This document shows, piece after piece, positions 58,221 through 61,654 of a stretch of 61,654 bases of DNA; the stretch's first letter is position 1; each line of letters starts with the position of its first letter. The stretch is from an uncultured Mollicutes bacterium (lineage in GTDB: Bacteria; Bacillota_I; Bacilli_A; RF39; UBA660): contig CAMMVQ010000004.1 of assembly GCA_946500425.1 (NCBI GenBank), positions 1-61,654 of the forward strand, in the 5' to 3' direction. The notes beneath the pieces were generated by a model, which had not been told where the DNA came from, did not search any database, and saw nothing but the letters and a program-made list of their open reading frames with translations. The position numbers and the translations under genes are program-made.

Positions 58221-58780
58221 TAAGTCACCACACTGTACTTCGTATAATACATATTATGTTAACATTTATTTTTTGAAATAAGATAGCTGTTATATTAAAT
58301 AGCTGTCTTTTATTATGCATACTACATTTCTACTAATTCACTCTTTGTGATTGAATCATAAGTACTACTACATAAACTTTTCTAATAACTTAAATATAAA
58401 CCTTATATATTTAATTATAGTTTTATAATCTGTTTTAAAAAGTTCAAATCCATGTAATATAAATGCTCATCCTAGTTAAAAAAATAGGATAATATAGTCT
58501 CCTACTCCCCTTTTGCTATATATTAATTACATAGTAGGGGGAGTATTATAAAAAAATAGTGTAACGTAAAACAAATCGAGATGTATAAATATCCGTTCTT
58601 TAATTAAAAAATGCGTTAGAATGCACGTTAGTTTTATAATATGGAAATATACATAACAAAAACATAGGTACTAATTATTTATTGTATCTATGTTTTTACG
58701 CTTAACTCCCCTATTACTTATTTTATTTAAATAGGGGAATAGGATTAATTATTTATGTATTAATCATACATTCTTTCTTT

Positions 58781-59092
58781 TTAACTTTTATATATAACTA
58801 TTCCATCTTTTATTATTTCCTCTTTAAATCTATCATTTTTCAAAGTATTAAAGTCAACAATATCGAATTTATATAACGTATTTAAATCTTCTAACTTAGT
58901 TTGCATTTTAATAAAATTATCTTTATCTGTGTTATTAAAAACAAAAGCTATATCTATATCAGAATTTGGTTTATAATTACCTCTTGCCCTACTACCAAAA
59001 AGAATTGCTTTTTTAACCCCAAAATTTTTAATAACAGATATTATATCATTATACAAATTTTCTCTAATACCATACATTTTACTTAACCTCAT
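58781..59092 (-). CDS. mntA: minimal nucleotidyltransferase (MNT), MntA-type antitoxin
   Basis: LFGSRARGNYKPNSDIDIA matches GSx10DxD. The alternative start at 59077 (MYGIREN) has a GAGG SD. Overlaps the upstream HEPN gene. Confidence 0.8.
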   Translation of the reverse strand: MRLSKMYGIRENLYNDIISVIKNFGVKKAILFGSRARGNYKPNSDIDIAFVFNNTDKDNFIKMQTKLEDLNTLYKFDIVDFNTLKNDRFKEEIIKDGIVIYKS

Positions 59093-59492
59093 TTAATTTT
59101 TTTATTAGTTCTTCCAACTTTTTAATATATTTATTTTTTATTACATCTTCATAATAAATAGCCTTTTCTTCATCATAAGTATGAGCAGTACTATTTCGTG
59201 CTTCTAGCATGTTTGACCACCCTTCTTCATCGTTTATAATATTGGATTCAAAAGCTTGTTTTAAAACTTTCTTAGGTGATGTAATTTCTTCATAACCTTC
59301 TTCCTCTAAATAAGCCTTTATTGTTTTCCAAGATAAATCAAACGTATATTCAAATTTTTTTATTATTGAATCTCTTAGTGCTTCATCAAATTTTTCTAAT
59401 GATATGTTAGCAGTATTTCCAAACTCTATCATTTCTTTAAGAGAATTATATGCTAAATTTAATTTTTCTAATTTGTATTGGAATTTTTTCAT
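59079..59492 (-). CDS. hepT: HEPN-domain protein (HI0074 / NTase-substrate-binding family), HepT-type toxin
   Basis: RNSTAHTY matches the Rx4HxY HEPN RNase motif. FEYTFDLSWKTIKAYL is typical of the family. AAGGAG SD. Confidence 0.8.
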   Translation of the reverse strand: MKKFQYKLEKLNLAYNSLKEMIEFGNTANISLEKFDEALRDSIIKKFEYTFDLSWKTIKAYLEEEGYEEITSPKKVLKQAFESNIINDEEGWSNMLEARNSTAHTYDEEKAIYYEDVIKNKYIKKLEELIKKLNEVK

Positions 59493-59516
59493 ATTTTCTC
59501 CTTATTTCTTAACTAA

Positions 59517-59545
59517 ATTGTAGCATAGATACTATTTTAATTCAA
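59517..59545 (-). promoter_or_regulatory. promoter of the hepT-mntA operon
   Basis: On the minus strand: TTGAAT (59545-59540), 17 nt, TACAAT (59522-59517). Confidence 0.55.
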
Positions 59546-59546
59546 T

Positions 59547-59944
59547 TTATGATTATCTAAGTGTTAGTTAAATAGTAAAATGCAACTTTGAAGAAAATGA
59601 TGTAATTAAAAGGGTTAATGCAACTTTTACATATGGTAATTCATGAAAAATGATTAAAAAATAATAAATAATCTATTTATTTACATGACAAAACAAATAT
59701 TACATAAAAATTAAAAAATTAAATGCAATATTTTATTTAGAATTTTATTGATAACAACAAGCAGACGAATTGCTTGTTGAAAAACTATTTTATTTACATT
59801 TATTTGTAAGTCAAGAGCTTTCGTAAATGCCTATAGCACTCTTGACTTAAAATAAATGAATATTAAAGAACTAAATGCAAGTTTTAAAATTTTTAAAAAA
59901 TAAGTTGCATTTAACTCTTTAACTAACGTTATGATTATCTAAGT
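59547..59944. mobile_element. MITE-like non-autonomous element (365 bp) with flanking 16-bp direct repeats
   Basis: The left terminal inverted repeat is GTTAGTTAAATAGTAAAATGCAACTT (59563-59588). The reverse complement of the right one (59902-59927) is GTTAGTTAAAGAGTTAAATGCAACTT (24/26 identical). TTATGATTATCTAAGT occurs at 59547-59562 and 59929-59944. No ORF inside. Confidence 0.65.
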
Positions 59945-60032
59945 TTTGTCAAATTATAAAAAATATGATATTATAATCACGACAAAAAGAACTGAGTTTC
60001 CTCAATTTTTGAAAATTTTGGACACATTTAGT

Positions 60033-60435
60033 TTATTTGTTAGAGTGTAGACAATCTGAGGTACATAATTTATAAATGATTTTACATAATTTCGTTTCGC
60101 AGGCGATTATGCATTTATAATGGTGTTTTCCTTCAGATTGTTTTTTTTCTAAAAAATAAATAAATTGGATTAGTTTTATCTGTATGAGCAGAAATTTGAA
60201 GTAATGTTGTAACCACATTAAATAGAATAGTTCTACCAAATTTACATCCTGTTTTAGAAATATGACCATGATATGCAGCCACACCAGATTGTGAAGTAAC
60301 AGAATCAATTCCTATAAAAGATATGAATTGATATTTGTTATCAAATCTTGTAATATCCCCAACTTCAGCCAAGAATAAAGCTGCAGAGAATTCTCCAAAA
60401 CCAGGAATAGAATTTATTGTTTTAAAATGTCTTTG
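60033..60435 (-). pseudogene. IS110-family transposase, N-terminally truncated and frameshifted
   Basis: ..INSIPGFGEFSAALFLAEVGDITRFDNKYQFISFIGIDSVTSQSGV..ISKTGCKFGR resembles the C-terminal (Transposase_20-like) domain. The tail EGKHHYKCIIACETKLCKIIYKL is in another frame. The N-terminal catalytic half is absent. Confidence 0.7.
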
Positions 60436-60528
60436 CTATGTATCTTATGTATTTCAAAATAACTGAATACGCTATGTAATATCTTCTTTTTAACATGTAT
60501 TTTTTGCCCAGTTTCTTCTCATACCGTC

Positions 60529-60810
60529 CTATTTTACATTTAGACTTTGCTTTAAGTTAAGCGTTTTAACTTCTCTTAACCCGTTTAGCGTTTGACTTAG
60601 TAAATTAGTAAGTTTTATCTCTTCAAAAGCTAAAGAAAGCCTTCTTTTTCTTACGTATTCACTAAATGTTACGTTGACAACGATACTAAATACGCGTTGC
60701 ATAATAAAAACATTTACTCCCAAGTTTTTAGCCAGCTTATCATAATCTATTTTATCTAGCAAATGTTCTTCGACATAATTGACCATTTCATTTAATATTT
60801 CATAATTCAT
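60529..60810 (-). pseudogene. AraC-family HTH regulator, truncated
   Basis: The N-terminal first HTH (DYDKLAKNLGVNVFIMQRVFS..SEYVRKRRLSLAFEEIK) is present, but the second HTH and any effector domain are missing. The ORF ends next to the IS remnant. Confidence 0.45.
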
Positions 60811-60871
60811 AAATACTCCTTATAATTTATATTACGCATCGTTATTTAAACAAAAACTGGTCGTCTTTTTA

Positions 60872-61594
60872 CTATTTATGTAACTTATTTTTTCTTTTCT
60901 TTAACGTTAATACTTTTCTTTTAGCGACTTTATATTTCCTACTCGTATTTGACTTCAAGACGTAATTTTCTAAAAAAATGGCTCCAAAAGCAGCAAAACA
61001 TGTTGCCAAGGTAGCAAAAACTCGTTCTTTAAACTTTTCGTCTTCCGTTTTCTTAACGTATGTTTTCGGTGCGGGTTCACTATAAGATAAAAAAACTTCT
61101 TCATCTCCTTGTTTTGGCAAATTACTATATTCATATGAGAACAATTCTGGAGTTTCTCCTAACGTTGTTACTATTTGAATTGCACTCTGATTAATTAAAT
61201 CATTCGCCTTATCAGGAATCTCATCAGAAAATAATTTATAAACTTCCCTTTGATAAATCCCATCTTTTCTTTCTTCCCATGGTGTTTTTATGATAACAAA
61301 ATTACCAACTATTTTATCTTGAGTAACGTTTTTATGAATCATCACTTTACTTTCGTCATCAACGTACCAAACGTTATACAAATCACCATTCTCTTTATAA
61401 TCTTTAGAAACATCTTTAGCAGTATGATATACTCCTGCTGATAAAAGAACTATTGTTGTTGACATTAAGGCTACTATTTTAGTTAAATTAACATTCTTAA
61501 TTTTTACATATTTTCTAATGTATTCATCTACTTTTTCGTCTTTTATCTGATAAACATTCTTTCGTAACAACCTTTTTTCTTCATCTTTTTTCAT
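60872..61594 (-). CDS. hypothetical membrane-anchored protein
   Basis: 240 aa. TM near residue 40 and another near the C-terminus, with basic termini. Confidence 0.55.
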   Translation of the reverse strand: MKKDEEKRLLRKNVYQIKDEKVDEYIRKYVKIKNVNLTKIVALMSTTIVLLSAGVYHTAKDVSKDYKENGDLYNVWYVDDESKVMIHKNVTQDKIVGNFVIIKTPWEERKDGIYQREVYKLFSDEIPDKANDLINQSAIQIVTTLGETPELFSYEYSNLPKQGDEEVFLSYSEPAPKTYVKKTEDEKFKERVFATLATCFAAFGAIFLENYVLKSNTSRKYKVAKRKVLTLKKRKNKLHK

Positions 61595-61654
61595 AAAACC
61601 ACGTATAATCTAATTATGTGATTTTTTTATTATTAATCACTATATTAGATCCCT

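Noticed and set aside
58285-58315. Apparent terminator after the HTH gene (ATAGCTGT ... ATAGCTGT)
   Set aside because: The two 8-mers are direct repeats, not inverted, so no hairpin forms.
58436-58465. GTTCAAATCC, a tRNA T-loop-like string
   Set aside because: The flanking sequence cannot form a T stem, acceptor stem or anticodon arm.
59946-59977. Plus-strand promoter-like TTGTCA-17-TATTAT pointing into the antisense of the IS110 remnant
   Set aside because: AT-rich DNA yields such matches easily. There is no downstream ORF or terminator to support a transcription unit.

Overview
This 61.6-kb window looks like chromosomal DNA from a low-GC, spore-forming Firmicute; the organism class is inferred from AT-rich codon usage and gene content. 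Most of it is conserved housekeeping sequence in a Bacillus-like order on the + strand: ruvA-ruvB-queA-tgt, lysS, secDF-relA-dtd, a T-box leader plus hisS-aspS, mutS, nusB, xseA-xseB, spoIVB, spoIIM-like and mnmA. Interspersed are a YtrA-like GntR/ABC operon, an ArsR/P1B-ATPase metal module, LemA/DUF2207, and many lineage-specific membrane or hypothetical proteins. There is one tRNA, tRNA-Thr(GGT). I found no rRNA and no CRISPR array. Four accessory or unusual patches stand out. (1) A ~2.6-kb AT-rich islet sits directly after tRNA-Thr. It is bracketed by ~65-nt imperfect direct repeats and contains decayed genes: a frameshifted GNAT and a degraded yefM/yoeB pair that keeps an intact palindromic operator. 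(2) A 235-bp module bounded by inverted repeats lies upstream of mutS. It has a consensus minus-strand promoter, a bidirectional terminator and a 38-codon hydrophobic mini-ORF, so it is a candidate sRNA or type I toxin-antitoxin module. (3) A HepT/MntA (HEPN/MNT) type VII toxin-antitoxin pair. (4) Next to that pair, a 365-bp MITE-like element with 26-nt terminal inverted repeats and 16-bp flanking direct repeats, followed by a truncated, frameshifted IS110-family transposase and a truncated AraC-type gene. All functional calls rest on motifs read by eye; no database search was possible.
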